This document shows positions 46,751 to 58,595 of a DNA stretch of 64,000 nt, one piece after another; position 1 is the first letter of the stretch, and each line of letters starts with the position of its first letter. Below the pieces are notes generated by a model. That model was not told where the DNA came from and did not search any database. It worked only from the letters and a program-made list of their open reading frames with translations. Origin of the DNA: an uncultured Nitrososphaerales archaeon (GTDB lineage: Archaea; Thermoproteota; Nitrososphaeria; Nitrososphaerales; Nitrososphaeraceae); assembly GCA_963713605.1 (NCBI GenBank), contig CAVQMO010000010.1:160001-224000 (forward strand), written 5' to 3'. The position numbers and the translations under genes were made by a program.

Positions 46751-46894
46751 ATGTATGAGGTAACGTGTTTACCTTGCGGAATTCGAGAACGTTTTGACGA
46801 CGAGGAAGAAGCAATCATGTATGCGTATTACCACGAGAGGGTATCAACTCATAGTACTTCGAGTGGATATTTTGTAAGTGTAAATAAAGTCTAG
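46751..46894 (+). CDS. 47-aa zinc-finger microprotein (CxxC...H...H)
   Basis: Manual translation MYEVTCLPCGIRERFDDEEEAIMYAYYHERVSTH... Confidence 0.6.
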   Translation: MYEVTCLPCGIRERFDDEEEAIMYAYYHERVSTHSTSSGYFVSVNKV

Positions 46895-47229
46895 CCAGAC
46901 AGACCTTCGTGTATTTTCTTTCCTACGGTCTTGTTCTTGCCTATACTTCTCTATATCTGGTTTTAAATGAATAGGCCAACCTGGGTGTTTCTGTACTCCA
47001 TGTCTTTCCAGCGTCTTCACTATTGAATTCGACTTTACCACTATCGGCTAGATCGGTTTTTGAGCTCAAGTCGAACTCAAGTCCGACTGGATCCAACTAA
47101 TATCAAAGATGGATGTATAAAATGATTTAGGTGGTTCGTAGTAGCCAGAAGTTATATTATATTTAAAGTCTAAGAATCGACTCCTCAACCATTAAATAAA
47201 GCGAATAAACATACCAAGTTTTACTTGAT

Positions 47230-48255
47230 ATGAAAGATGAAATAAGAACTAATTTACCACTAGGTATGCATGGATCAGTTTTTAGATCTGCATTAATTTT
47301 TGTCCTATTTTCTGCTGTTACTTTTGCATTTATATACCCGAAGTCTGCTAATGCCGATGGCCTATTTCAGGAACAACTTTCAGCATCATTTGGAGATAGA
47401 ACGACAGATCTGATAATAAAAATGATGCCTCCAGTAGTTACAACCGAAACATTAGAGAACCAAAGTCAAAAGCCAATCATTCAGTTTAAGCTATATGATC
47501 CTACTACCAAAGAAGGATTTAAACACGTAACTTACTATATTACGATTGAGAAAGACGGCAAAAAACTGGTTTCTGATTGGTTTCATGATCATAAAGGAGA
47601 TTTGAAAATAGAGATGAAACCAAGTGATGCAGAGAGCATAACAGTTTATGGGGAGCCAGAATCCTATTCTACAGGCATTCACAGGAACCGACAGAAATCC
47701 GGTAATCGCAACAGGTCCTATATTCTCTGAGGGAGGTTTGTATCATTTCCTAGTGAGAGTAACAACAATTGATTTCGATAGGTCAATAATTCCAGATGCT
47801 AAACAGCCAGAATATGATGGGTGGTTAAGTATAGGAGCTGTAAATAATCAGCAAGTATCATTGGATGGTGATGGCAGTAAGAAACCAATCCCAGTTCAGA
47901 TTATCTCATATTATGATGAACTGAAAGATTTCAGTTTTGATCCAGGTACAAAGGAAATGCAATTTACCATGCCTTTTGATTGGAATGTAACAAGGTTAGA
48001 GGCCAACAAGATAATGGTTCATCAAGAGGTCAATCTTCCGAAGCCATCTGAGCTTTCCTCTGAATCGTACGTTGGAACCATAAATGGTATGAATGTTACA
48101 AAAAATCTAATGATAGATCCCACCAATACAGTACCAAGGATGTAGTTCACTTTATGATACCAAAACCAGTTGTAATGGAGATTGCGCAACAAGTTACCAA
48201 GAGCGGACAGATGGGAGATGGATTAATGAAATTTACTCTAAAGCCTACAGTTTAA
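47230..48255 (+). CDS. Exported thaumarchaeal surface-type protein, two frameshifts
   Basis: Signal (ANA-DG), KHVTYYITI, FHDHKGDL, GPIFSEGGLYHF, ISYYD, FTMPFDW. Confidence 0.65.
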
Positions 48256-48540
48256 TTAGAAATTCTTTTTTCCTCTTAATAGATGGAGCAAGAGATGTGC
48301 ATCCACTCAAGTACATTTTGGTTCATCAAAGCCCATTACTACTGAAAATAGGATTGACTATTACAAACGGTACCTTAAAGAAGATATTCTCAATGACATA
48401 GAAAGGCTTACTTTTGAAAATAAGAAAGAATGGATCCCGATTTCGGGGAATGCTGGAGGTGTCATTGTACCAAAAGCTTGAATAAGGTTTTCCGACGTCT
48501 CAACCATACTCCCCATTGTTTCCACCGAGTTGTTCGCGCC

Positions 48541-48727
48541 TGGATCCCCGATGAGCAGTGCGCCTTGTGAACTACGCTGGGCATCAAAACTCGCACGCGT
48601 CATTCTGGGCCATCCACGTTCCTTCCCAATCTCGGTCATGGTATGTGCATAACCTGGAAAGAAGTCATCGACTGTCTCTTGCGTACTTTCTGCGATGTAG
48701 CCTAGCGAATGAATGCCTACTTTCGAT
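48541..48727 (-). pseudogene. Duplicated internal fragment of the LLM oxidoreductase
   Basis: 48541-48660 identical to 49523-49642; next ~65 bp diverged (KVGIHSLGYIAESTQETVDDFFPG). Confidence 0.85.
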
Positions 48728-48905
48728 TCTAATAATGAAGAAGAAATTATTATTCGGTTATTTCTAGGTAGAATTTGGCTACTAGCTCGGACTCCCCAGC
48801 TTTACACTTGACTGTAAATAATTATGTCTGCTGGTGTCATCTCTTCAAGCGCATATTAAAGCTTAAACTTCTAGCTTCTAATCCATGTGCTTTGACGGTT
48901 TGACC

Positions 48906-49265
48906 TTATTGTATTTTAGTAGATGCCATTCTAGGGGATTTCCAACGCTGAGCCCATTCTCCTAGATCTTTAAGTATTATTCCCAGTTCCCTTGCCCTAG
49001 CAGTCAACCGGTATTCTACTTTAGGTGGTATCTCAGGATAGATTTTCTTTGAAATAAGGCCTTCACGCTCCATCTCCAATAACCTAGTCGCTAACACTGT
49101 ACTACTAATTCCAAATAATGCCCTTTTAAGTTCACTAAAGCGTATGGCTTCCTTTGTGTGGAGGTTCTTTAATATCAACAAAGCCCATCTTCTTCCCAAC
49201 ACCTCCCATATGTTGCCAATTGCTGTGCATTTTTGTTCTTCTTCTTCCGCTCCTTTTTGTTCCAT
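48906..49265 (-). CDS. HxlR-family winged-helix transcriptional regulator
   Basis: C.....WEVLGRRWALLIL, RFSELKR, ISSTVLATRL, PPKVEYRLT. Confidence 0.9.
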   Translation of the reverse strand: MEQKGAEEEEQKCTAIGNIWEVLGRRWALLILKNLHTKEAIRFSELKRALFGISSTVLATRLLEMEREGLISKKIYPEIPPKVEYRLTARARELGIILKDLGEWAQRWKSPRMASTKIQ

Positions 49266-49339
49266 CTCGGTTTCATATTATAACTAAGTATTTAAATAAT
49301 ACTAACCAAATTTAAACTACCTCGACAGACAAGTAATGA

Positions 49340-50383
49340 CTACATTAACTCGATGTAGCTTTCATTCACTTTACGAAGTGTAGGAGCGACGCGTGTACCT
49401 ATTAATTCGGTAGCTTGCATCAGCTTTTCGTGAGGCAATGAGGCAGGGTTCATCATAAAAGTGATTCGGGAGACGCCGCCAAGTGCTTTGCTGTGTCTAA
49501 TGATCTTCTCGACTACCTCATCTGGATCCCCGATGAGCAGTGCGCCTTGTGAACTACGCTGGGCATCAAAACTCGCACGCGTCATTCTGGGCCATCCACG
49601 TTCCTTCCCAATCTCGGTCATGGTATGTGCATAACCTGGAAAAAAGTCTTCGACTGCCTCCTGTGTACTCTTAGCGACATAACCTAGCGAATGTACACCT
49701 ACTTTCAATTGATCAGCTGAATGACCAGCTTGCCTTCCAGCCTCTCTATAGAGATCTATAAGTGGCCGGAACCTGTGTGTTTCGCCACCTATAATCGCAA
49801 CCATCAATGGAAGTCCTAGGAGACCTGCACGGACGAATGATTCTGGGGTTCCGCCAACGCCTATCCATATCGGAAAAGGATTTTGTAAGGGTCTTGGATA
49901 GACTCCCTGGCCACTCAGTCTCGGCCGATATTTGCCAGACCAATGCACATGCTCATTATCACGAATCTTTAGTAGTAAATCGAGCTTCTCTGTAAAAAGA
50001 GAATCATAGTCTTCCAACCTAAATCCGAACAGAGGAAATGCTTCAATAGATGAGCCGCGGCCAACAACCATTTCAGCCCGACCTTGTGATAGAAGATCCA
50101 AGGTTGCGAATTCTTGAAACACCCTTACTGGGTCGGCAGCACTTAATACAGTTACAGCACTGGTAAGTCGTATATGTTTAGTTCGTGCTGCTGCCGCGGC
50201 TAGGACGACAGCAGGAGCTGAATCTAGGAATTCTCGACGATGATGTTCGCCGACACCAAACACATCTAGCCCAATTTGATCGGCATATTCAATTTGTTCT
50301 ACCAATCTTTGCAAACGCTCAGATGGGCTGATTTGGAGGCCAGCGTCATCCCACGCGGCAAAGCTATCAATTCCTACTTGCAT
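49340..50383 (-). CDS. LLM-class flavin-dependent oxidoreductase
   Basis: GVGEHHR, RLTSAVTVLSAADPVRVFQEFATLDLLSQGRAE, GRGS. Confidence 0.92.
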   Translation of the reverse strand: MQVGIDSFAAWDDAGLQISPSERLQRLVEQIEYADQIGLDVFGVGEHHRREFLDSAPAVVLAAAAARTKHIRLTSAVTVLSAADPVRVFQEFATLDLLSQGRAEMVVGRGSSIEAFPLFGFRLEDYDSLFTEKLDLLLKIRDNEHVHWSGKYRPRLSGQGVYPRPLQNPFPIWIGVGGTPESFVRAGLLGLPLMVAIIGGETHRFRPLIDLYREAGRQAGHSADQLKVGVHSLGYVAKSTQEAVEDFFPGYAHTMTEIGKERGWPRMTRASFDAQRSSQGALLIGDPDEVVEKIIRHSKALGGVSRITFMMNPASLPHEKLMQATELIGTRVAPTLRKVNESYIELM

Positions 50384-50909
50384 AATATACTACTAGGTAA
50401 ACCGATTATTTAACTAGAGTAGTGATTACTAACTTAGTCGGTAAGAAATATCGTATCTAGTAAGTGGAAACTTATCGGCATCTCCACTCTAGGCTCAAAA
50501 ATGGAAAATAAATTAAAAATGATGATCGTTCGCTGGCTTCTTTACAATTGAGACTTAATGTCAATTTTCGTATTATTGCTTAATGTTGGCCTCAGAAATC
50601 AGTGCACAAATACAAAACTAGAGGCGGTGTAAAATAGCAGAATAGAAACCTATCAACTACATACATTTTAACAAGAAGCTACACCTCCCACGGGAGTACA
50701 CTAATCCATCAAAGCGGGAGAATAATTCCATAACCTCATTACCTTACACCTAGGACATTCTATTATCATATCTAGCGCAGATATCTGCTTTGTACTTTGC
50801 TCTCGTTAGCTAGATTCTTCTATTATTTCGAGAATTTGATTTTCAGGCTCAGCTTCTAAAAATAAAAAGAGTGAGGTTTCGGTGTTCTACAGAACCTATA
50901 TTATTTTAC

Positions 50910-51176
50910 TTAATCCCCGTTACCGTCGTCGCCAATTGATGGGAATACTTGATCTGCTGCTAATGCTACTCCGTTCTCGTCACCTTGAATCTGTGAGGCG
51001 ACGTTTTGACATCCTACATTCAATGGTAGTTCACCATTTCCACAAGCATTTGCTTGTGAGAGTGCTTGATTCTTACCCTTGTATTTTGTTGCATATGCGC
51101 TGTCGGCTGTAATTACTGCTGTTCCCACTAATGTTGCTGCTATTACCGCTACTATTGCGATATATTTGAAATTCAT
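50910..51176 (-). CDS. Small secreted Asn/Gln-rich protein with Cys pair
   Basis: Signal peptide (SAYA) then SQANACGNGELPLNVGCQNVASQIQGDEN. Confidence 0.7.
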   Translation of the reverse strand: MNFKYIAIVAVIAATLVGTAVITADSAYATKYKGKNQALSQANACGNGELPLNVGCQNVASQIQGDENGVALAADQVFPSIGDDGNGD

Positions 51177-51396
51177 GTTTCTAAGAGGTGGTGAACATGC
51201 TATGCTTATGTGAATTAAGCAAAATCAGACAATTACATAAATCTGATATTTATTCTATTAGAACAAATATAGGGGGCATATAAACAAAATAACTGATAGG
51301 ATAGAAATTTCAGTATGACCATCTACTATCTCTTTTTCAGTACCAATCTGGTCTATGTTCGATTATTTCGATTTCATTTGGCATTAGATCTCCTAT

Positions 51397-51657
51397 TCAA
51401 CCCAGCGGATGACGTGGATAAGTTGGTACAATAGATGTTCCTAGGTTTACTGTAGATGTTTTTGCTGCTGCAAATGTAGTTAATGCATCTGGTAGATTAG
51501 GTGGCTGCGACATACATTTCTGCCGAATTCCAGCATCTTCTACTGCGACAATAGTTTTGACCGCAGCTGCCGCATTAGCACTATAGAAGATGAGTCCAAC
51601 TCGTTTTCGTATTGGACGAGAACTGGAGACGACCTGAGGGTTCTCACTATTAGTCAT
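51397..51657 (-). pseudogene. LLM/F420-dependent oxidoreductase N-terminal fragment
   Basis: DALTTFAAAKTSTVNLGTSIVPTYPRHP then stop. Confidence 0.7.
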
Positions 51658-51839
51658 AGAATCATCTCGAGATAAATCCCCATATCTTGTAAAAGTAGGA
51701 TTTCAAGGTAAGATTCACTCAAAATTATTATAGTAATTTTCTAACGACATGTTTGTGCTTGTTATTACCCGTAATAATAATAAAAATGAGATTCAGTATA
51801 GAATAGTTATCTGATTAATCTTGATTAACCAAAAAATAC

Positions 51840-52283
51840 TTGTTAATAGAATATAGCTCGCAAATAAACATGTTCCAAACTCACTACATAAAGTACGGTA
51901 CAATTTCGGGATTTTTGGTACTATGTGCTATCATGCTAAGCACTACTGAAGATAGTCAGAGACTCGTTTATGCACAGATAACTCCGGCGCCAGAAAAAGC
52001 TGGCGGGAGCTCTTCGGATACTGATGGAAGTAACAACAATGATGATTCTTCTGACTCGTCAAACGGTTCTAATGATTCAGAGGATTCATCGCCGAGTGAA
52101 GATTCTAGTGACACATCAGATGCAGATGACAACAATGGTGAAGGACAGGAAACTACTGAAGTTCAAGATAGTGATATGACGACGTCAGAAGAAGAAGAGG
52201 CCAATCCATTATTAGAAGCTATAGTGAACAAAGTCAGTGATGAATTATATGCAGCTGGAATCCCTAATCTAGGAGTTCAATAG
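51840..52283 (+). CDS. Secreted acidic Ser/Asp low-complexity protein
   Basis: Signal (VYAQ) plus D/S-rich linker. Confidence 0.6.
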   Translation: MLIEYSSQINMFQTHYIKYGTISGFLVLCAIMLSTTEDSQRLVYAQITPAPEKAGGSSSDTDGSNNNDDSSDSSNGSNDSEDSSPSEDSSDTSDADDNNGEGQETTEVQDSDMTTSEEEEANPLLEAIVNKVSDELYAAGIPNLGVQ

Positions 52284-52648
52284 ATTCCCTATTTTTTTGT
52301 TAATTAGTCTAACCCTATTCTATTGAGTGACCTCACATAAATTGAAAATATTGAATGATGCAGGAATCAAAAGACTCTAGATTCCCAACTAACAAGATTA
52401 ACATAAAAAGATCGCCTTCGTCAGAACTTATGATAAGGTAAACATACTTAAATGTTGAGGAAGAGCTTTGAAGTTCTGTATTGATGTATTATTTGGGACA
52501 GGAGGAAAGAAACACAAATTTAATATGGACTTACCACTTGGCCACAGAAATACTTTATTAATAGAATCAGATAACCAAATAGACTCAAATATTTGACGGC
52601 CTATGTGAAATGCCTAAGAATGGGTCATCAGACCTTGATACAGGCCAG

Positions 52649-55299
52649 CTAAACAAGAGGCTTATCTTCAGGAACATGTTCTCCGATTATAGTTTTCTCC
52701 CCAGCAATAATATTATTCAAAATTTCTAGTCCTGCATTCTTGTGCAGGTATTCGTTATTGTTTCCACACTTATACGAAAAGGTACATCTTGGGCAACCAC
52801 TTTCATTCCTACACGGACACTCTGATAATACTCTTTGGGCTCTTATCATTGCTTTATCTAGCTTTTCATACAATGTCCTACTCGCACCATTTCCGCCTAT
52901 GCTGCCATCATAAATAAAAATTAGACCAGTCGAACCAATTGAAATACCACCCATGTCTTGTGACGAACCGCCGGTTATCATGATACTTCCTTCTATTATG
53001 ACATGTTCTGTAGCATGGTATCCACTCATTTCAAGATAATCGTCATCCATAGCAGATTCTCCAACATTCTTAGGTTTTGGGGCACGGAAAACTAATCCTT
53101 TTGTAATGAATTTGAACTCTAATGGACTTTCAAGGTATATTCTTGTCCCTTGAGTAACTTCTTTACCTAATTCTATATTCGAGTAACCTGACACCTTCTT
53201 TAAAATCTCCAGCGAACAGTATCTGACCTCCATTCCAAATAAGGTCTTTTGCTCATGAACTTCTAGAATGGTTGGCCACTCATCAACAATTGCCTTTGTA
53301 TAGTATGGATAGTCTCCAGGTATAGCCGCTAACTTTGCGTATGACCCTTTCTCTAGCCTGTTATCTGGATTCTCGAGGTATAGTTTGACAACTTTGTACC
53401 TCTTCCCTCCAAGGAAATATACCGCCTGGTCATGCAACTCTTCTATTGCCTGTGGCATTTGTCGTTCACCAATTTTTTTCTCATTAAAAATTATGTCAAC
53501 TCTAGATCCAATACCTCTAATACTAAAGTTCCATAGTACATTCATTGCTTTGTTAAATTCAGGAACAAACTTTCCTCTTGAGACTTGAACCAATCCGACC
53601 GAAATTAATTTTTGGAGAGTATTCCATAATGGGGATGATTCATTCATTGAGATTGGTTTGTCACATGCCATAGCAAGAACTTGATATTCTTCTACAAAGG
53701 AATTAGTTGGGTCAGTATATGCTATCTCTTGATCTTGTAGATAATCTTCTGGATGGAGCTTATAATATTGACTAATTGGATCGTTACCAAATGCAAGAAA
53801 CGCATATCCTTCTTGTCCATTTCTTGCCGCTCTACCCAACCTTTGAATAAGCCGATTCACTGGGACGATGTCAGATATGATGGCATCTACATCTCCTATG
53901 TCTATCCCAAGCTCTAATGTAGGAGTTGCCGAAATTGCAAGCACCTTATTATTTCTAAATAGATCTTCAACTGATTTACGTTCCGATGGTAGCAAACCTG
54001 CTCTGTGAACTCGTATGTGGTTTCCTTGTTTGGCTGAATAGAATGCCAAAAGTTCTGATCCTAGATGTGACTTGCTGAAAGCTATAGTTTTATGATTCGT
54101 TGTGATCAATCTCTTTAATATATCAAGCATCAGAGATCTCTGCGAATGTAATGATGGAAATATGATTACTAGATTGATTTTACCCTTTCTACCTTTGCCA
54201 TAAATTATACTTAGATCCCTCCCAAAGAGGGAACTACAGAATTCATGTGCATTTGATAGGGTGGCAGAAGGCAGCAATGATCTGAAGTTTCTGCTTTGTA
54301 GCGCTTGATGTCATTCTCTCGAGTCTTTTTATGATATAATGAACATTGGCCCCAAATACTCCAGTATATACGTGAGCTTCATCTACAACCAGAAATTTGC
54401 AAGTCCTTAATAGGCGGGAGAAACTTGTCTTATGGAGAAGATGGTAATGGATTACATCAAAGTTGGTGATTATGATCTCCGGGATCAGCTCCCTCGTAAT
54501 TAGTTCCCTTTCAGATTTTGAAGTATCTCCGTCAAATATACCTACATTTAGGCCCACTGAACCAGCAATTTGCATTATTTTTGGAAGTTGATCCCTTGCC
54601 AATGCCTTGGTAGGATATACAAATACAGCAAACACCTTTCGTCTATTTAGTTTTGTTTCTGGTCTAAGAGATGAAAAATGTGCTCGCTTCAACTGAAATT
54701 CTCTGTACTATGGGAATACAAAAGGCCTCAGTTTTACCGGACGCGGTCGGCGCAACAATAACCACATCCCTTCCCTCTAGTATTTGGAGAATTGATTCCT
54801 CCTGGAACTTGTAAAGTCTTTGAATATTTCGCTGGTATAGACTAGTGACGATTCCCTCATCGATGTTAAGGAATTTAAATTCACGACCAGCTTCTGGCTC
54901 AGGTTCTTCTAGGATTATAAAATCAACTATATAATCTCTCTTTGACCTCAATACGTTTTCAAGTAATTTATTGCCCACCGCATCATTTTTACGGATTAAC
55001 TCTTTTATCTCAGATAATGGGCGTACGAGTCTTTCTTGCTCTATTACCGACTCCAAATCTTGTACTTGGTCAACGTGTCCATTATCATACATAGAAAGAA
55101 ATTCCAAATAAGCTTCGTCCTGTTCAGCCATAGATGGAACGATACCACATATGCTACATTTGGAGCAAGCAAAGATCAATCGACCATTATAAATCGTATT
55201 AGCATTAATAGAATTAACGTCATTACATTTAGGACACCTATAACCGATAGACACATATTGAACATGCACTCCCAAGATATATCTCTTCTCAATATGCAC
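52649..55299 (-). CDS. DEAD/DEAH helicase with DUF1998 (Hrq1/MrfA-like), two frameshifts
   Basis: APTASGKTE, YPTKALARDQ, VDEAH, SATL, TPTLELGIDIG, QRLGRAAR, C-terminal CPC...GCPRC; N-terminal CPKC..CSKC. Confidence 0.9.
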
Positions 55300-55906
55300 T
55301 AAATGCAGAGATAACCTACATGTCGTATACTAATACCAACCTTATTTGTTAAGGTTAATTATTCATTCCAATTGGTCGCTTTTTGGGTAAGGGTAAACTT
55401 TGTTTCCTTTTATATCATTTAGTTACTTATACACAGATTTTGAAGTAAGAAGACAAGGCTAGAAATAACTGGAAAAGAGGAGCTTCTCTGAGGCGAATGA
55501 GTGAGAAAAAAATCATGAATGAAACAATCGTGCACATGTTTGAATTTCATGCAATAGATCCAGAAGAGATGACTTCAGAGATGAAATCGAGAATAAAATA
55601 AAATATAAGAGCATCTGGCGTCAAGATGCGAGTCCACCATACGCTGCAATAATTATTCTAAGTTTCTGGGTTTTTCATAATCAACCAGTTCTGGTGAAAG
55701 TAACGTACTGGAGTTTTCAATAAATAATACTCGATGGTATATGATTTTCCCTTTGCTTTAAAAAATGAAAACAGAGTACGATATGCGAGTGTTGTCGAGA
55801 GAAGTGTACCTAAATAAGAAGCTGGTCTTACGGCTTAAGAACGATTTATGAGTTTCTGATAATTAGTTCCGTTTCGTTGTGGTTCAGATACTTGGATCCT
55901 CTGAAA

Positions 55907-56467
55907 TTATTTGTATTCAGCTCTTACATCATTTTCATAATTCATAAGTAGCTTATGCACCTTAGGATCAATTATATAACTGCAGTATGGAGCTCCTCGG
56001 TGTTCATCATAGTAGTTCTTGTGATAGTCTTCTGCAACATAAAAGCTACTAAATGGAGTTATTTCTGTTACGATTGGATCTTTGTAGATTCCTTCATTGC
56101 CAAGCGCTCTTTTAGACTTCTCAGCAATCTCTTTTTGTTTCATGTCATGATAAAAGATTGCAGAGCGGTATTGTGTCCCAACATCATTACCCTGCCTGTT
56201 AAGGGTCGTGGGATCATGTGTACGCCAGAAAATGTCAAGTATTTTCTCAAAATTTATAACCTTTGGATCAAATTCGATCTGTATTGATTCTGCATGACCG
56301 GTTCTCCCACTGCATATTTGTTCATAAGAAGGGTTTTTCACTTGTCCTCCAGAATATCCAGGAAGAACTGATTTTATGCCCTTTAGTCTTTTGAAGACTG
56401 CTTCACTACACCAAAAACACCCGTTTGCAAACGTTGCAGTTTCGTAATCAGTTTTGCTTTCACTCAT
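55907..56467 (-). CDS. msrA: Peptide-methionine (S)-S-oxide reductase
   Basis: GCFWC, GYSGG, TGHAE, HDPTTLNRQGNDVGTQYRS, AEDYH. Confidence 0.95.
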   Translation of the reverse strand: MSESKTDYETATFANGCFWCSEAVFKRLKGIKSVLPGYSGGQVKNPSYEQICSGRTGHAESIQIEFDPKVINFEKILDIFWRTHDPTTLNRQGNDVGTQYRSAIFYHDMKQKEIAEKSKRALGNEGIYKDPIVTEITPFSSFYVAEDYHKNYYDEHRGAPYCSYIIDPKVHKLLMNYENDVRAEYK

Positions 56468-56849
56468 TTATGATCTTTGGCAACTCCTTGCTCTTTGGGA
56501 CAAAATAGATAGATAATGAATTGACACACTCACGAGTATTCTTATCGGTCAGACCTTCGCCTAGAAATTCATGCCCTAAATGTCCACCGCAATTCTTACA
56601 CTCTATTTCTGTTCTCACCCCATCAGGATCAGGGATACGCCTTATTGCATTTGGTAACGTTTCATCAAAACTTGGCCAGCCACACCCGGCATTGAATTTA
56701 CTTTTAGATGAAAAGAGAGGTGCATTACATTTTCTACAAATAAATGTTCCATCTCCATAAAAATCATCGTACTCTCCGGTGAAGGGAGCCTCTGTTGCTT
56801 TATTGATGATAACTCGTTCTTGTTCTCTGGTAAGTTTATTGTAATTCAT
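56460..56849 (-). CDS. msrB: Methionine-R-sulfoxide reductase
   Basis: TEAPFTG, CRKC, GCGWPSF, RTEIEC..CGGHLGH, RECVNS. Confidence 0.95.
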   Translation of the reverse strand: MNYNKLTREQERVIINKATEAPFTGEYDDFYGDGTFICRKCNAPLFSSKSKFNAGCGWPSFDETLPNAIRRIPDPDGVRTEIECKNCGGHLGHEFLGEGLTDKNTRECVNSLSIYFVPKSKELPKIINE

Positions 56850-57459
56850 ATCTGATAAATCCTTTTATGATCATGAACCAATCTATCTTATATTTTATGA
56901 TTATATAGTTCTTTGTAAAATATCGTTCAATTTTTGACCGCGTACCGTGTCCATCCTCGAAATATGAATTGCTATAGGTTATGAATGTACGGTAGGGATA
57001 AGGTTAGTGATAACTTTCATCAAATCCTAAATAGCATGACAAGTGCAAAGCGCTACTAAAATCTGTACAAGTAGTAGGCACAGCCCGAAGGAAGAAGTGA
57101 GGCATAAAGAAATTCCAGTACTGATATCGCCATGGACATGAATTAGAAGTAGGAATTGAAATCTTTCAAGACTTCGAATATGGATTTAATTGAACGAAGG
57201 AATATGACAGTGTTGGAGGAAATCTTCTAGTTGCTCATAATTTTCTAATTCCAGGTATTTTATTAAACAGTCTACGGTGTTGTCATCATATTCAGTATTC
57301 TTGTACTTTTCTTTACCCCATACAACTTGAGTATGCTCTGATCTATCATCCAAGCTGGTAATTCTTAGTTTCCATTATGACAGTAATCTATAAATTGGTT
57401 TCTAGTTTGCAAATCCTATCTATAAATAAATGAATGTTGACTAGGTATCGTGCACGTAA

Positions 57460-57692
57460 GTGTAAGTACGTCATCGCCTGCAGCAGGCAGCAGCAGCAAC
57501 AGCAATAGAAGAAAAGGAAAGAAAAGAAGGACAATCCAAGTCATTTCTTAGGTACAAAGTGACTACCGGAAGCCTATCTGATAGGACTAAACTGGCATAT
57601 ACTTACCACATTAACGAGTTCTTGGCACACTATCGAATAACCGACTTGCAGCCATTGAAGGAGTATAGTCCCAAAGTCTTGAAGCAGATGGT
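57460..57692 (+). pseudogene. Tyrosine recombinase/integrase N-terminal fragment
   Basis: Manual translation SLSDRTKLAYTYHINEFLAHYRITDLQPLKEYSPKVLKQMV, resembling the core-binding region of archaeal integrases; catalytic domain absent. Confidence 0.45.
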
Positions 57693-58595
57693 TAGTACAA
57701 ATTTGTACACCCTTGGGACGGGTGAATAATTCGCTTGCTAAAGAAGCTAATACATGAGTTTCGAATTTTTACAAGATTGAGACAATTCTAGAAAAGGCCC
57801 CAGAGGACGTTAAGAATAGGGTACTATTAGGCAGAACACGTGTCGATAAGGCATACCGCAAAATGCAGTTGGAGAAAAGCTCGAGCAGGAAGCTTTTGCT
57901 GAAGCAGGCTTTTTAATTGAATCTAATAATTTCAGCTACGTGCAAGAACAAGAACATCAAACCCTATCAACTCATCGAAAGTGACTTTCGTGAGAAAGGC
58001 AAAGAGATAGAGTCCAATTCCATCTCTTTAGTCATTGTTGACTCGATGTATTACGAAAATACTTTGTATTTACACAAAGAATATTATGCAGAGCTTGTAG
58101 AACGGGTATTAACGGACGGAGGTAGTTATGCAGTCTACCTGGTTCCTCAATGGAAAGAAGGTATAGATTCGTGATTATATTACTCAGAATAGTAACTTAA
58201 AGGAGTGCGGAAGTTGGACGGTAAAAATGCAAGGCCAATTCGGAAGCGACCATAATATGCGTATGTTTTATCAAACAAAAGAAATTGGTTGGTATTGCAA
58301 GGGAGATAAACCAATCTGCCCTTTGTTTAAGGAAGGTAGAAAGATGTTTAATCTTATCAAGTGAAAGACACCAGATAAGCGACGAAATAAATATACTCAG
58401 AATCCAATCGATTATGAATATATCATTAAGAATTTAACAGCTCCATACGATAGAGTTTTTGACCCTATGATGGGAGAAGGAACTACAGGCGTAGTTGCAT
58501 TGAAACTCAAACGCAGATTTATTGGAATTGAAATAAATCCTGAAACAATGAAGCTTGCAAAGGCCAACATAAGTCTAAACCGAAACTTAAGCTAA
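57692..58595 (+). pseudogene. ParB-like HTH fused to N6/N4 DNA methyltransferase, degraded
   Basis: LGRVNNSLAKEA...KIETILEKAPEDVK...VDKAYR; LIESDFRE...SISLVIVDSMY (DPPY-like, degenerate); VFDPMMGEGTTGVVALKLKRRFIGIEI; in-frame stops. Confidence 0.7.

Noticed and set aside
48541..49710. Possible DGR template/variable repeat pair
   Set aside because: Differences are not adenine-specific, are mostly synonymous, and no reverse transcriptase is present.
52649..55299. DISARM/Druantia-type defence helicase
   Set aside because: The DUF1998 helicase stands alone without drm or methylase partners; it fits housekeeping Hrq1/MrfA-like repair helicases.
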